Shown piece after piece: positions 27,185 to 36,069 of a stretch of DNA of 64,000 nucleotides; the first letter of the stretch is position 1; each line of letters starts with the position of its first letter. The stretch lies in contig JAYVHA010000006.1 in assembly GCA_043771635.1 (NCBI GenBank), forward strand, positions 1,668 through 65,667, in the 5' to 3' direction. The translations under genes were made by a program, and so were the position numbers. A model generated the notes under the pieces. It did not search any database. It was not told the DNA's origin and worked only from the letters and a program-made list of their open reading frames with translations. The stretch comes from Candidatus Woesearchaeota archaeon (lineage in GTDB: Archaea > Nanobdellota > Nanobdellia > Woesearchaeales > SKIA01).

Positions 27185-28252
27185 ATGGCTCTCTTTACGA
27201 ACCGCTACCACCAGGAGCAAACATTATTTCGCGACGAGAATAGTCTCAATTACGAGTTCCTCCCGAAAACACTTCCTTTCAGAGAGAGCCAGCAACAGTA
27301 CCTTGCTGACTGCCTCAAGCCACTTATGAGTCACCGCGCTGGCCGCAACGTAGTCATTCACGGACCGCCAGGCATCGGTAAAACCGCAGCTTCGCGCTCT
27401 GTGCTGCGCGAACTTGAAGACACCACTGATGAAATTAAACAAGTATACATCAACTGCTGGCAGCACAATACTTCATTTCGAATCCTAGTACAAATTTGTG
27501 ATGCGTTCGGCTACCGATTAGTGCATAATAAAAAAACAGACGAACTTATGGACATAATTGAGCACAACTTAAACAAAAAGCCCTGGGTGCTAGTCTTCGA
27601 CGAAATCGATAAAGCTGAAGATCTTGATTTCCTGTACTTCATCCTGGATAAACCGTTTCACAAATCAGTGATTCTAATCACTAACTACGCAGATTGGCTT
27701 CCAGAACTCGATGAGCGTATCCGCTCACGATTAATGGCGGAAGTACTTGAGTTTAAAGCGTACGAAGAGCGCGAGATTAGCACAATTCTAAGGCAGCGCT
27801 TGCCATTCGCGTTCCAAGACAATGTATGGGATGATGACGCGTTCGCCCTCGTTGTTCGCGCAGCAGCCGCACACGGCGACATCCGTACAGGACTATACTT
27901 ACTGCGCGAAGCAGGCAACATCGCAGAAGAAAAGTTTGGACAGCGCGTACTGCTTGCGCACGCGGACGCAGCAGTTGTAAAACTTGAAAAGTTCACAATT
28001 AAAAAAACTACCTCGCTCGCTGAAGAAGAGCAAACTATTCTTGGAATTGCGCGCGAGAATCCTGAGACGCGCATTGGCGACTTGTTCCGCACGTATCAAG
28101 AGCGCGGCGGACAAACGTCTTACAAAACATTTCAACGTAAAATCAATCACCTCGCGGAAAATCGGTTTATTGGCGTCGAGAAAGTTGTTGGCGGCACTGC
28201 CGGTACAACAACAATAATTAAACCCGCGAACAAGAAGTTGACCGAGTTTTGA
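27185..28252 (+). CDS. Orc1/Cdc6-family AAA+ ATPase
   Basis: Walker A HGPPGIGKTAA, Walker B LVFDEID, C-terminal winged-helix region. At 355 aa it is shorter than typical initiators. Confidence 0.8.
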   Translation: MALFTNRYHQEQTLFRDENSLNYEFLPKTLPFRESQQQYLADCLKPLMSHRAGRNVVIHGPPGIGKTAASRSVLRELEDTTDEIKQVYINCWQHNTSFRILVQICDAFGYRLVHNKKTDELMDIIEHNLNKKPWVLVFDEIDKAEDLDFLYFILDKPFHKSVILITNYADWLPELDERIRSRLMAEVLEFKAYEEREISTILRQRLPFAFQDNVWDDDAFALVVRAAAAHGDIRTGLYLLREAGNIAEEKFGQRVLLAHADAAVVKLEKFTIKKTTSLAEEEQTILGIARENPETRIGDLFRTYQERGGQTSYKTFQRKINHLAENRFIGVEKVVGGTAGTTTIIKPANKKLTEF

Positions 28253-28329
28253 CTGAGCCACAATAGTTTCCGAAAATTTTCCGTCTTTGCGACGCAAACT
28301 ATTAATAATCAGCGAACATACAGAACTAC

Positions 28330-28476
28330 ATGGCAGACTCTATTACCATCTCTCGTAAAGAGTACGAACGGCTGAAGGCAGTAAACGCTAGCGCTGAGGA
28401 GCATGCTGAAATCCAGCGAGGACCTGAAGAAAACCTCGCAGATATCAAAGCAGGCAGCATTATTCGCTACCGCTAA
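28330..28476 (+). CDS. small ribbon-helix-helix-like protein (possible antitoxin)
   Basis: 48-aa ORF MADSITISRKEYERLKAVNASAEEHAEIQRGPEENLADIKAGSIIRYR, with an RHH-like ITIS-R-EYERLKA N-terminus. The 3' end overlaps the convergent RelE-like gene by 4 nt. Confidence 0.3.
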   Translation: MADSITISRKEYERLKAVNASAEEHAEIQRGPEENLADIKAGSIIRYR

Positions 28477-28784
28477 TTGAGTGACTTTCGTAATGACTCA
28501 AATTTTACTCTGTAGACGTCTATAACCATTTGTTGGTCTTTCTTGTCGCTCACGTCGACAAAGAGCACCTGTGTATTTCCAACAACGTAGTATAATCTCT
28601 TATCTCGCATTCGTACTTCACGAAACCATGGCGAATGTAGCGGATCTCCTCTTAGAGGATTCTCTGCCACAGAATCAAACACAGACTTAAGCTGTTTTTG
28701 TTGGACGGCAGACAACAATTTACGACAACGACGATCAAACCACTCCGAACCATCGACTTCGTACATGAATGTACCAAGTATCAA
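28473..28784 (-). CDS. RelE/ParE-family toxin-like protein
   Basis: About 100 aa with the RelE/ParE fold pattern (...VAENPLRGDPL...FREVRMRDKRLYYVVGNTQVLFVDVSDKKD). Probable TTG start, or an ATG 8 codons further in. Confidence 0.5.
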   Translation of the reverse strand: MILGTFMYEVDGSEWFDRRCRKLLSAVQQKQLKSVFDSVAENPLRGDPLHSPWFREVRMRDKRLYYVVGNTQVLFVDVSDKKDQQMVIDVYRVKFESLRKSLN

Positions 28785-29042
28785 TAATTCAATAGCATAC
28801 TGTGAGATAAATCGGAAATAAATGCCGCTGGGCGAAAGTCTTCAGCAATTACTCTGAAAATTTCCAAAATACTGAAAGTTACAAAAATTAATCACGCTAA
28901 ACTATAGCAAGTATACTGCAATTGTAACTAGTTTTAGTAAATCACAAAACCAGATGCCTGCTGCCACGCAAAGACATAGCGTTACTTACCACGAAAAAAT
29001 AAATGAAATGAGGCAGCAAAATAAACTTCCAATAATGGTAAT

Positions 29043-29936
29043 TTGTCAAATCTAAGAACACGTATTACAAATTTTAGAATTCATCAAAAATTATCAATAA
29101 CGCCGTTAATCCAAGGGTTTATGTACTCAATAGGAAAAATGTACACTATGCCACGCCCGCGCAGTAAGAAAGGAGAGATGCAGCATCTACCTACGCGGCA
29201 ATCAGCCGACAAGCAAATCAAGAAAAAAGAAGTTAAAAAAACAAAGGAAGCGCACGTTGGAGTTGACTCTGGCGGTACGCTGCGCGCAGGCATTTTCGGC
29301 ATCAATGACGGACTTGTCTCGAACACAAGTCTAATTTTTGGAGTAGCAGGTGCGACAAACGATCCACGGGTTGTTTTGATTGCAGGAAGTGCAGGTTTAC
29401 TTGCTGGAGCGTTTTCAATGTCTGCCGGCGAATGGGTATCAATGCAGAGTCAGCGCGAGCTATTCGAGCGCGAAATTGAAATTGAAAAACGTGAAATCCA
29501 CGAAGACTTCGAAGGAGAAGTCTTAGAACTTGCAGAAATATACATGAAGCGCGGAATTCCGCGCAAACAAGCCCATGAAATAGCTCGCGCAGTAATGAAA
29601 GATCCTAAGTCCGCTCTAGATGTACACGTGCGCGAAGAGCTCGGCTTAAATCCTGATGAACTCGGTAGTCCTTGGAAAGCTGCAGGCTCGTCGTTTATTA
29701 TGTTCGTACTTGGCGCAATCATTCCGTTAATGCCTTTCTTTTTTACTTCGGGAATCACCGCGATCATTATTGCTGCGTCACTTGCTACTGTTGCTTTGTT
29801 TGTCGTTGGCGGCGCGCTCGGTCACTTTACTAAGCGCAACTGGGCACTCTCAGGCCTTCGTATGCTCTTCATTGGAAGCCTAGCAGCGGCCGTTACATAT
29901 GGAATAGGCACGTTACTTGGCGTGAGCGTTAGTTAA
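29043..29936 (+). CDS. VIT1/CCC1-family iron/manganese transporter
   Basis: VIT family signature (GIFGINDGLVSNTSLIFGVAGA), a central acidic cytoplasmic helix region, and C-terminal TM helices. The true start may be a downstream Met (around 29148). Confidence 0.65.
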   Translation: MSNLRTRITNFRIHQKLSITPLIQGFMYSIGKMYTMPRPRSKKGEMQHLPTRQSADKQIKKKEVKKTKEAHVGVDSGGTLRAGIFGINDGLVSNTSLIFGVAGATNDPRVVLIAGSAGLLAGAFSMSAGEWVSMQSQRELFEREIEIEKREIHEDFEGEVLELAEIYMKRGIPRKQAHEIARAVMKDPKSALDVHVREELGLNPDELGSPWKAAGSSFIMFVLGAIIPLMPFFFTSGITAIIIAASLATVALFVVGGALGHFTKRNWALSGLRMLFIGSLAAAVTYGIGTLLGVSVS

Positions 29937-29963
29937 AATTAAAGTAGCGTACTAAAGAAGAAT

Positions 29964-30290
29964 CTACTTTCGCTTTGCGACTGCGCCTGTTTCCATTGCC
30001 GCACCAACAATTTGCACGCCGCTCAGAAGCGATTCGCCCTTACGAAGCGGCAAGTTTGCAGGCATCAACTGCGGCGCAGCAAAAGGCAGAGCGCGTAGCG
30101 TTTGAAGCGACTCACCAACGGGCACAAGTCGCATAGCTGTTTGTTGCATGTGCAAACCATGCATGGTATGATTTCCAGAATTAAACGAATGCGCGAGCGG
30201 CGCATGATTATCTCCGTCAAGCTTAGTAACTGCGCTAGCTTCAAGCTTTGCGAAGGAATGCTGCTCTTGAACGCTTCGGAATGGTTGCAT
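29964..30290 (-). CDS. hypothetical protein
   Basis: ORF only; no recognisable motifs. Confidence 0.2.
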   Translation of the reverse strand: MQPFRSVQEQHSFAKLEASAVTKLDGDNHAPLAHSFNSGNHTMHGLHMQQTAMRLVPVGESLQTLRALPFAAPQLMPANLPLRKGESLLSGVQIVGAAMETGAVAKRK

Positions 30291-30332
30291 AAGTGTACGG
30301 CTCGCTTGCTAGCATATATTGGTATCGGTTAC

Positions 30333-30650
30333 TTACAGCACTCGCATTTCAGTTAAAAAACCGCGAGCATAGCTCTCCGCGCTGCCGAGCTCTCGAGACG
30401 GGAATAGCGCGAATCCAGATGGGTCGCGAAGCATCATCGGGAGTACCTGCAGGTAGCGCGAATAGTAAGTTGCTTCACTAGGTTCCACGTTGTAAGTTCG
30501 ATTTGCTGGTTGTAGGTCATGGAGTTCTCCGTCGCCCGCACGTTCCACGCAGGCGCTATACAATTTATAGTGCCTTGCCATTATAAGCGCCACGACCAAC
30601 TGTCCAGTGACCAGTGCTCTTGACCCCATTGGAGGCAACAGCATTGGCAC
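30333..30650 (-). CDS. hypothetical protein
   Basis: ORF only; no recognisable motifs. Confidence 0.2.
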   Translation of the reverse strand: MPMLLPPMGSRALVTGQLVVALIMARHYKLYSACVERAGDGELHDLQPANRTYNVEPSEATYYSRYLQVLPMMLRDPSGFALFPSRELGSAESYARGFLTEMRVL

Positions 30651-30777
30651 AGTAATTTTTCGAAAGTAATACTAAACCAACATGGACATTCCGCGGCTAG
30701 CGAAATATACGCGCCGATTATGAACAAGGGTCGAGAAACAACAAGCAATAAATATGAAGTAAGACACTTCTTACATT

Positions 30778-31104
30778 ATGGACAACATCGGTATTGCGAA
30801 AATGAGCTCAAAAGGTCAAATTGTCATACCCGCAGGCATGCGCGGTAGTTTCAAAGAAGGCGACAAATTAGTTTTTATCCAAAAGGGGAAATTGTTCGTG
30901 TTTCAGAAACTAAGTGACACAGAAGAAAAGTTTGCTGAAGACCTCATCGTTGCAAAACGCGTTGCAAAAGCATGGAAAGACGTAGACGCAGGACGAGTAA
31001 CGCATTTCAAGAATCACAAAGAGATGCAAGCACACTTCGACAAGCTCAAGGCGAAGCCACTGTCACAAGCACCGAGACTTTTGACAAGGCTTACCAAAAA
31101 ATAG
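30778..31104 (+). CDS. AbrB/SpoVT (MazE-like) family DNA-binding protein, probable antitoxin
   Basis: Swapped-hairpin signature (MSSKGQIVIPAGMRGSFKEGDKLVF) at the N-terminus. Confidence 0.6.
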   Translation: MDNIGIAKMSSKGQIVIPAGMRGSFKEGDKLVFIQKGKLFVFQKLSDTEEKFAEDLIVAKRVAKAWKDVDAGRVTHFKNHKEMQAHFDKLKAKPLSQAPRLLTRLTKK

Positions 31105-31301
31105 GACACGCAGGAGTACAAGCACACATAGATACACTTCGCGATAAAATAGTGATTAACCCATTAATAGGTAAACCAATGCGCCATAACCGCAAAGGAA
31201 CACGCGAAGTATACGTTTCGCCATTTCGTCTCAGCTATATTTTTGATGAAGCTTCGAATACCATCATCTTTCTCGACATCTACCACAAAGACCGCCAGTA
31301 G
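30972..31301 (+). CDS. RelE/ParE-family toxin (start codon unresolved; functional part about 31060-31301)
   Basis: C-terminal RelE/ParE pattern (KGTREVYVSPFRLSYIFDEASNTIIFLDIYHKDRQ). It is out of frame with the upstream AbrB gene and overlaps it. There is no ATG/GTG/TTG near the expected N-terminus (TFDKAYQKI...). Confidence 0.45.
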   Translation: MERRRRRTSNAFQESQRDASTLRQAQGEATVTSTETFDKAYQKIGHAGVQAHIDTLRDKIVINPLIGKPMRHNRKGTREVYVSPFRLSYIFDEASNTIIFLDIYHKDRQ

Positions 31302-31320
31302 CGACGAGCACATTTAAAAC

Positions 31321-31914
31321 TTGCTCCGAGCTCCTCGAAGAATGATCGTCGGTCGCACCGAGTTTTTGCACCACAAGAATAAGTTTCTAAAGCAAATTAT
31401 AGACGGCGCTGTTTTCATATATCCGACAGACACAGTATATGCAATTGGGTGCGACGCGCGCAACAATAAAAGTGTGCTACGTGTGCGAGCGCTCAAGAAT
31501 CGCAATGTAATGCCTATATCTATTGTTGCGCCTAACGTAGAGTGGATTCGCGAACATCTTGTCGCAGACGAAGAGTGGCTTGCGCGTTTACCAGGACCGT
31601 ATACGTTGGCATTTCTAATAAAGGAAGACCGCTGCATAGCTCCAGCAGTCACCATGGGTCGCGATAATCTCGGCGTGCGTATTCCGAGCCACTGGATTCA
31701 TGATATTGTTGCGGAGCTCGGCTTTCCTATCATCGGCACGAGCGCGAACAAAACAGGACAGAACGTAATGACTAAGCTCGATGACTTACCAAGCGACATT
31801 ATACGCGGTGTTGACTTCATCATTTATGAGGGCGAGCACCGCGGACAGCAAGCAACACTTGTTGACTTAACTGGCAAGAATAAACCGAAGAATAATCATC
31901 AACCTTACAGCTGA
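31321..31914 (+). CDS. YrdC/Sua5-domain L-threonylcarbamoyladenylate synthase (TsaC-like)
   Basis: YrdC signature (IYPTDTVYAIGCDARNNKSVLRVRALKNR...P). At 197 aa it is YrdC-domain only. Confidence 0.7.
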   Translation: MLRAPRRMIVGRTEFLHHKNKFLKQIIDGAVFIYPTDTVYAIGCDARNNKSVLRVRALKNRNVMPISIVAPNVEWIREHLVADEEWLARLPGPYTLAFLIKEDRCIAPAVTMGRDNLGVRIPSHWIHDIVAELGFPIIGTSANKTGQNVMTKLDDLPSDIIRGVDFIIYEGEHRGQQATLVDLTGKNKPKNNHQPYS

Positions 31915-31919
31915 TACAT

Positions 31920-32492
31920 CTATTCGTTGCTCTCAAGCCACGGCGTCCAGTTTTTATGAAGTATTATACCGTCAGCGATCACCCAAAGTGCACAATTCTC
32001 GAATCGTGAGCCATGCTCGCACGGCGAGCCTGTTTCAAGTTCTACTAGCCAATGCATAGTATCTGTATGCGTAATTATTAGCGTACTTCCGCTGCCAATA
32101 GTTCGGTGGACGCACGCCACGCGATCTCGCGCTTGCTCATAACTCTCCCCGCCTTCAGGGATGTAAGTTTCAGGCGCAAGCTGTGCAGCGGCGCACACAC
32201 TGCGAAGCGTGCCGTATGGCTTTCCAGTAAGCTCGCCAAGGTTATGATCACGCAAATCCGAAACTGTGATTGCTTTAACACCGAGCATTAGCGCAGTGTC
32301 GCGTGCACGAATAAGTGGACTCACCAGTATTGTATCAATTCGCTCCTCCACTTGCAACTTTTGAATATACTTTGCGGCTGCAAGTGCTTGCGCAATTCCT
32401 GCCCGCGTTAGCGGCGTATCGTCTTGAGGATAAACCTGCGCTACGTTCGCTACTGTTTGTGCATGCCGTAGTAAATATAGCGTTCGAACCAT
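31920..32492 (-). CDS. histidine phosphatase family protein (third paralogue)
   Basis: RHAQT motif (LYLLRHAQTVANV) and a conserved C-terminal His region (IITHTDTM). Confidence 0.7.
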   Translation of the reverse strand: MVRTLYLLRHAQTVANVAQVYPQDDTPLTRAGIAQALAAAKYIQKLQVEERIDTILVSPLIRARDTALMLGVKAITVSDLRDHNLGELTGKPYGTLRSVCAAAQLAPETYIPEGGESYEQARDRVACVHRTIGSGSTLIITHTDTMHWLVELETGSPCEHGSRFENCALWVIADGIILHKNWTPWLESNE

Positions 32493-32526
32493 TTGAATTG
32501 CGATAAGTAGTATTGTTTAATTACCT

Positions 32527-33963
32527 CTATCCCTTCAGTACGCCAAGCGGTACCAACCGTGCAACAGGCACTGCTATTCCTGCTTCAGCAACGACGCGAA
32601 TAACTTCGTCCACATCTTTGTATGCTTGCGGCGCTTCTTCGGCGAGGCCCTTTACACTCGGTGTTTTCACATGCACGCCCAGCTCTGCTAGCTCGCGCTT
32701 AACTGTTGCGCCATCCAGCTCTTCGAGTGCGCGGGTGCGACTCATAGCGCGACCGGCGCCGTGGCAGCAGGATCCGAATGTTTCTGTCATAGCGCCGGCT
32801 GCACCTGCTAGTACCCATGACGCAGTTCCCATACTGCCGGGAATTAGTACAGGCTGGCCGTGCGCGCGCAGTTCTTCAGTGATCTCAAGATTGCCAGGTC
32901 CGAACGCACGCGTTGCACCTTTGCGATGCACGCACAGGTCTCGCATAACTCCATCTACTTCATAGGACTCGAACTTCGCAATATTATGACTCACATCATA
33001 CAACTGCTGCACAACTGCACTCGGAAAGAGTCGCTGCGTGACCGCCCTAACATTATGCGCGATAACTTGACGATTGCACCAAGCGTAGTTTGCAGCTGCT
33101 GCCATGGCGGCGCGATACTGAACGCCAAGTTCACTTGCAATAGGCGCATACAGTAAATTTTTTTCTGGCAGCGCGTCCATGAGTTCTGGGTATGCGTCGT
33201 CCATGGCTCGTAAAAAGTCGGAGCAAATTTGGTGGCCAACGCCGCGACTGCCGCAGTGTATTAGAATGCAAAGCTGCCCCTCGCGCAGGCCATAAGCTGC
33301 GGCGCGCTGCGGATCGAGAATGCGCTCAACGCGTTGCAGCTCCAAAAAATGGTTGCCACTGCCGAGCGTGCCGAGTTGAGTGAGACCTCGCTCTTTTGCG
33401 CGTGCACTCACCGCATTCGGATTTGCGCCTGCAAGGCAGCCTCGCTCTTCTGTACGTACTAAATCTTCTGGCGCGCCGAGTCCGCGCGCAAGCGCCCACT
33501 GCGCGCCCTGCACTAAAATGTCGTCCAAGTCTTGCATTGACAATGCTATCTTGCTGTCTCGACCCATACCGACAGGCACTTCTCGCGAGAGCGCGTCAAG
33601 ATAAACGTCCATTACTGCGCGCGCGTCTTCAGCGTCGATATTAGTTGTTAGAAGTCGGACGCCGCAATTTATATCGAAGCCAATTCCGCCAGGACTAATT
33701 ATTCCTGTTTTTGCGTCGAACGCTGCAACACCTCCAATAGGAAAACCGTAACCACTGTGGGCGTCCGGCATGGCAAGACTTGCGCCGACAATTCCTGGCA
33801 AGGTAGCAACTCTAGCTGCCTGGTCAATTGCACCCTCGTCGATTGTTGCTTCAAGCACAGGACTTACATAAATTCGCGCCGGCACAAGCATCACCCCAGT
33901 TTTAGGCACTTCAAGCCTAGTGCTGCTAGTGCGCACACGCTCAGTTTTTCTCGGCTGAATCAT
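32527..33963 (-). CDS. rtcB: RNA-splicing ligase RtcB
   Basis: GSGNHF motif (LGTLGSGNHFLELQ), HCGSRGVGHQ metal-binding motif, and a 478-aa length typical of RtcB. Confidence 0.9.
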   Translation of the reverse strand: MIQPRKTERVRTSSTRLEVPKTGVMLVPARIYVSPVLEATIDEGAIDQAARVATLPGIVGASLAMPDAHSGYGFPIGGVAAFDAKTGIISPGGIGFDINCGVRLLTTNIDAEDARAVMDVYLDALSREVPVGMGRDSKIALSMQDLDDILVQGAQWALARGLGAPEDLVRTEERGCLAGANPNAVSARAKERGLTQLGTLGSGNHFLELQRVERILDPQRAAAYGLREGQLCILIHCGSRGVGHQICSDFLRAMDDAYPELMDALPEKNLLYAPIASELGVQYRAAMAAAANYAWCNRQVIAHNVRAVTQRLFPSAVVQQLYDVSHNIAKFESYEVDGVMRDLCVHRKGATRAFGPGNLEITEELRAHGQPVLIPGSMGTASWVLAGAAGAMTETFGSCCHGAGRAMSRTRALEELDGATVKRELAELGVHVKTPSVKGLAEEAPQAYKDVDEVIRVVAEAGIAVPVARLVPLGVLKG

Positions 33964-34051
33964 GAGTAATGGACGCCAAACAGGGTTATAAATGAGACGC
34001 TAAAAATATCGAGGCCGAGCGAAGGCATATAAACTGCTTTGCGCATCTATA

Positions 34052-34804
34052 GTGATGCTACTGTTCGCTTCGACAAATTGGCTGCTGGCTCTCGCCAGCG
34101 TTGTCGGTGTCAGCCTACTAAGTTTTATTGGCCTCGCAAGCCTTGGTTTTGATAAAAAGACATTTGCTAAAGCGATTCCCTTTATTGTCAGCTTCGCCGC
34201 AGGTGCACTGCTTGGAGATGTTTTTTTCCACATGCTCCCTGAAGCTGCAGAAAACGGCTTCGGAATTAACCTTACACTCGGAATCCTCGGCGGCATAATT
34301 TTCTCTTTTATATTAGAAAAGGTAATCCACTGGCACCACTGCCACCAAACAGGTCACAATCATATTCACCCGGTTGGGTACATAAACTTAGCAGGAGAAG
34401 GAATTCATAATTTTATAGACGGTATGATTATAGGTGCAAGTTATCTTATTTCTGTAGACGTAGGCATTGCAACAACTGTAGCAGTTATTTTACACGAGAT
34501 TCCACGTGAATTCGGCGGCTTCGCAATTCTTGTGCACGCTGGCTTCACACGCACTAAGGCACTACTGTATAATTTCCTAAGCGGCATTGCTGCCTTACTT
34601 GGTCTAGCGCTTGCATGGGTAGGCTCAAACGTTGGGATAGCTGATTTTCTTATTCCCTTCGCTGCAGGTAACTTCATCTACATCGCGCTTGCAGACTTAG
34701 TACCCGAGCTAAATAAAGAGCAGCGCGCGTATCAATCTACTCTTCAACTCTTTTTACTCATAGCCGGCGTTGCTGCGATGTCAGCCCTTTTACTTTTAGA
34801 ATAG
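34052..34804 (+). CDS. ZIP-family metal (zinc) transporter, ZupT-like
   Basis: HNFIDGMIIGASY and HEIPREFGGFAIL motifs with 8 predicted TM segments. Confidence 0.8.
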   Translation: MMLLFASTNWLLALASVVGVSLLSFIGLASLGFDKKTFAKAIPFIVSFAAGALLGDVFFHMLPEAAENGFGINLTLGILGGIIFSFILEKVIHWHHCHQTGHNHIHPVGYINLAGEGIHNFIDGMIIGASYLISVDVGIATTVAVILHEIPREFGGFAILVHAGFTRTKALLYNFLSGIAALLGLALAWVGSNVGIADFLIPFAAGNFIYIALADLVPELNKEQRAYQSTLQLFLLIAGVAAMSALLLLE

Positions 34805-34869
34805 TAATAAATCAAAATAGCGCGGTTACAATATAAAAAACGGCAACAACATAAAATCGTTACAAATTT

Positions 34870-35295
34870 TTATAGATCGAGCACGAATTCAACTGTTGAT
34901 AAGTTAGGTAACTCTTCGATTTTTAGTTCATGATAAGTCATTGCTTTTACTGCGCCATGCATCTCTTCAGTTCGGCGCTCTCCTGTAAGCGTGCCACGCA
35001 GCGTCCAAAGTTTTTGATCCTTCTCAATTTTTAGCATTCCCCCTCTAGGCAAAAATCCTTCAACATCTGCAAGGTAAATTATTTCCGCAACAAGGTCATA
35101 GAGCAGCGCGTCTTTATTGCGTGCGCGCAGCGCAATAACTTTTTCAACGGTTGCAGCAATTGTGCGCGGGTCCATCATTACGGCGGTGTAACCACGGCAC
35201 GCTTCTATAAACGCGCCAGCTAGTGTTGGAGCAAATGCACGTATTTTTACGTCTGCTGTATGGGCAACGTGGACGTAGCCGCTTTGCGCAGCCAC
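34870..35295 (-). CDS. archease (RtcB activator)
   Basis: HTADVKIRAF motif plus a conserved archease core. The probable GTG start at 35295 gives about 141 aa. The ORF-track extension to 35364 has no archease-like sequence. Confidence 0.7.
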   Translation of the reverse strand: MAAQSGYVHVAHTADVKIRAFAPTLAGAFIEACRGYTAVMMDPRTIAATVEKVIALRARNKDALLYDLVAEIIYLADVEGFLPRGGMLKIEKDQKLWTLRGTLTGERRTEEMHGAVKAMTYHELKIEELPNLSTVEFVLDL

Positions 35296-35326
35296 TTCTT
35301 TTTTGCGAGGAGAAACCACGGTAATT

Positions 35327-36040
35327 CTAGTATACTTGCACTCCAGGTGGAATGCGTCGAACAAGGGGTTTTACGCTTTCCTCGGAACTTTTGTCCTGCG
35401 TCACTTCAGCCCTTTTGTCATTGCGGCGATCAGCCCTAGAAACAAATTCATTGTCTGCTCCTATTTCTTTTGGAATGACTCGCTTTTTCGGCTCGGGCTC
35501 GAAATTATCAGTATCAACATCAGCAGCAGCATTATTCGATTCCGAGCTACCATTTTCAACTTCTGCAAGTAAGTCTGCAATTCGACGTGATTGCGTCAGC
35601 GGCACTTGCATTTTAGGCTGCGCCGTAGGCGCAGAGTACTGCGCATGCTCACGCGCCGCAGGTGATGCAGGTGCCGCAGCAGGCGTAGATGTAAATCCTG
35701 GCGCAAGATTTCTGTACGCAGGCTCACTACGGAAAGTATTTTCCTGCTCTGGACCAGATTCGATTGGGCCATGCTCCTCGTGCAGCGGCGGAAACGGGTG
35801 CTTTTGACTTGCATCCTGCGCGCCTGCGATGGATAAAATTAGCGCTGCAGCCGCTCTGAGGTCGGCGGGCGAGTCTTTTGCAGTGTCAACTGAAATAAGC
35901 ATAGTCCTTTTGTAGCGCTCACCACTTATATACCTTCCCGGAGCGGCGCCGAAATTAGCACGCAAAACTGAATTACGCTTTGCAGCAAGGAGTAAATTTC
36001 CAGAACGCGCGACCACTGTCCCGTATTTGTTTAGAAGCAC
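35327..36040 (-). CDS. hypothetical low-complexity Ala/Pro-rich protein
   Basis: 237-aa ORF with a disordered composition and no motifs. Could be spurious or a divergent gene. Confidence 0.25.
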   Translation of the reverse strand: MLLNKYGTVVARSGNLLLAAKRNSVLRANFGAAPGRYISGERYKRTMLISVDTAKDSPADLRAAAALILSIAGAQDASQKHPFPPLHEEHGPIESGPEQENTFRSEPAYRNLAPGFTSTPAAAPASPAAREHAQYSAPTAQPKMQVPLTQSRRIADLLAEVENGSSESNNAAADVDTDNFEPEPKKRVIPKEIGADNEFVSRADRRNDKRAEVTQDKSSEESVKPLVRRIPPGVQVY

Positions 36041-36069
36041 ATTAGGCTCACTCTTGCCACACTAACAGC

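Noticed and set aside
27091-27186. N-terminal 32-aa extension of the second histidine phosphatase in the ORF track
   Set aside because: The conserved RHAQSEGN motif follows the internal Met directly. The extension is non-homologous and would overlap the Orc1 start region.
30972-31060. The MERRRRRTSNAFQ... N-terminus of the ORF-track toxin call
   Set aside because: This part is Arg-rich, overlaps the AbrB gene out of frame, and has no RelE/ParE similarity. Only the C-terminal about 80 aa look genuine.
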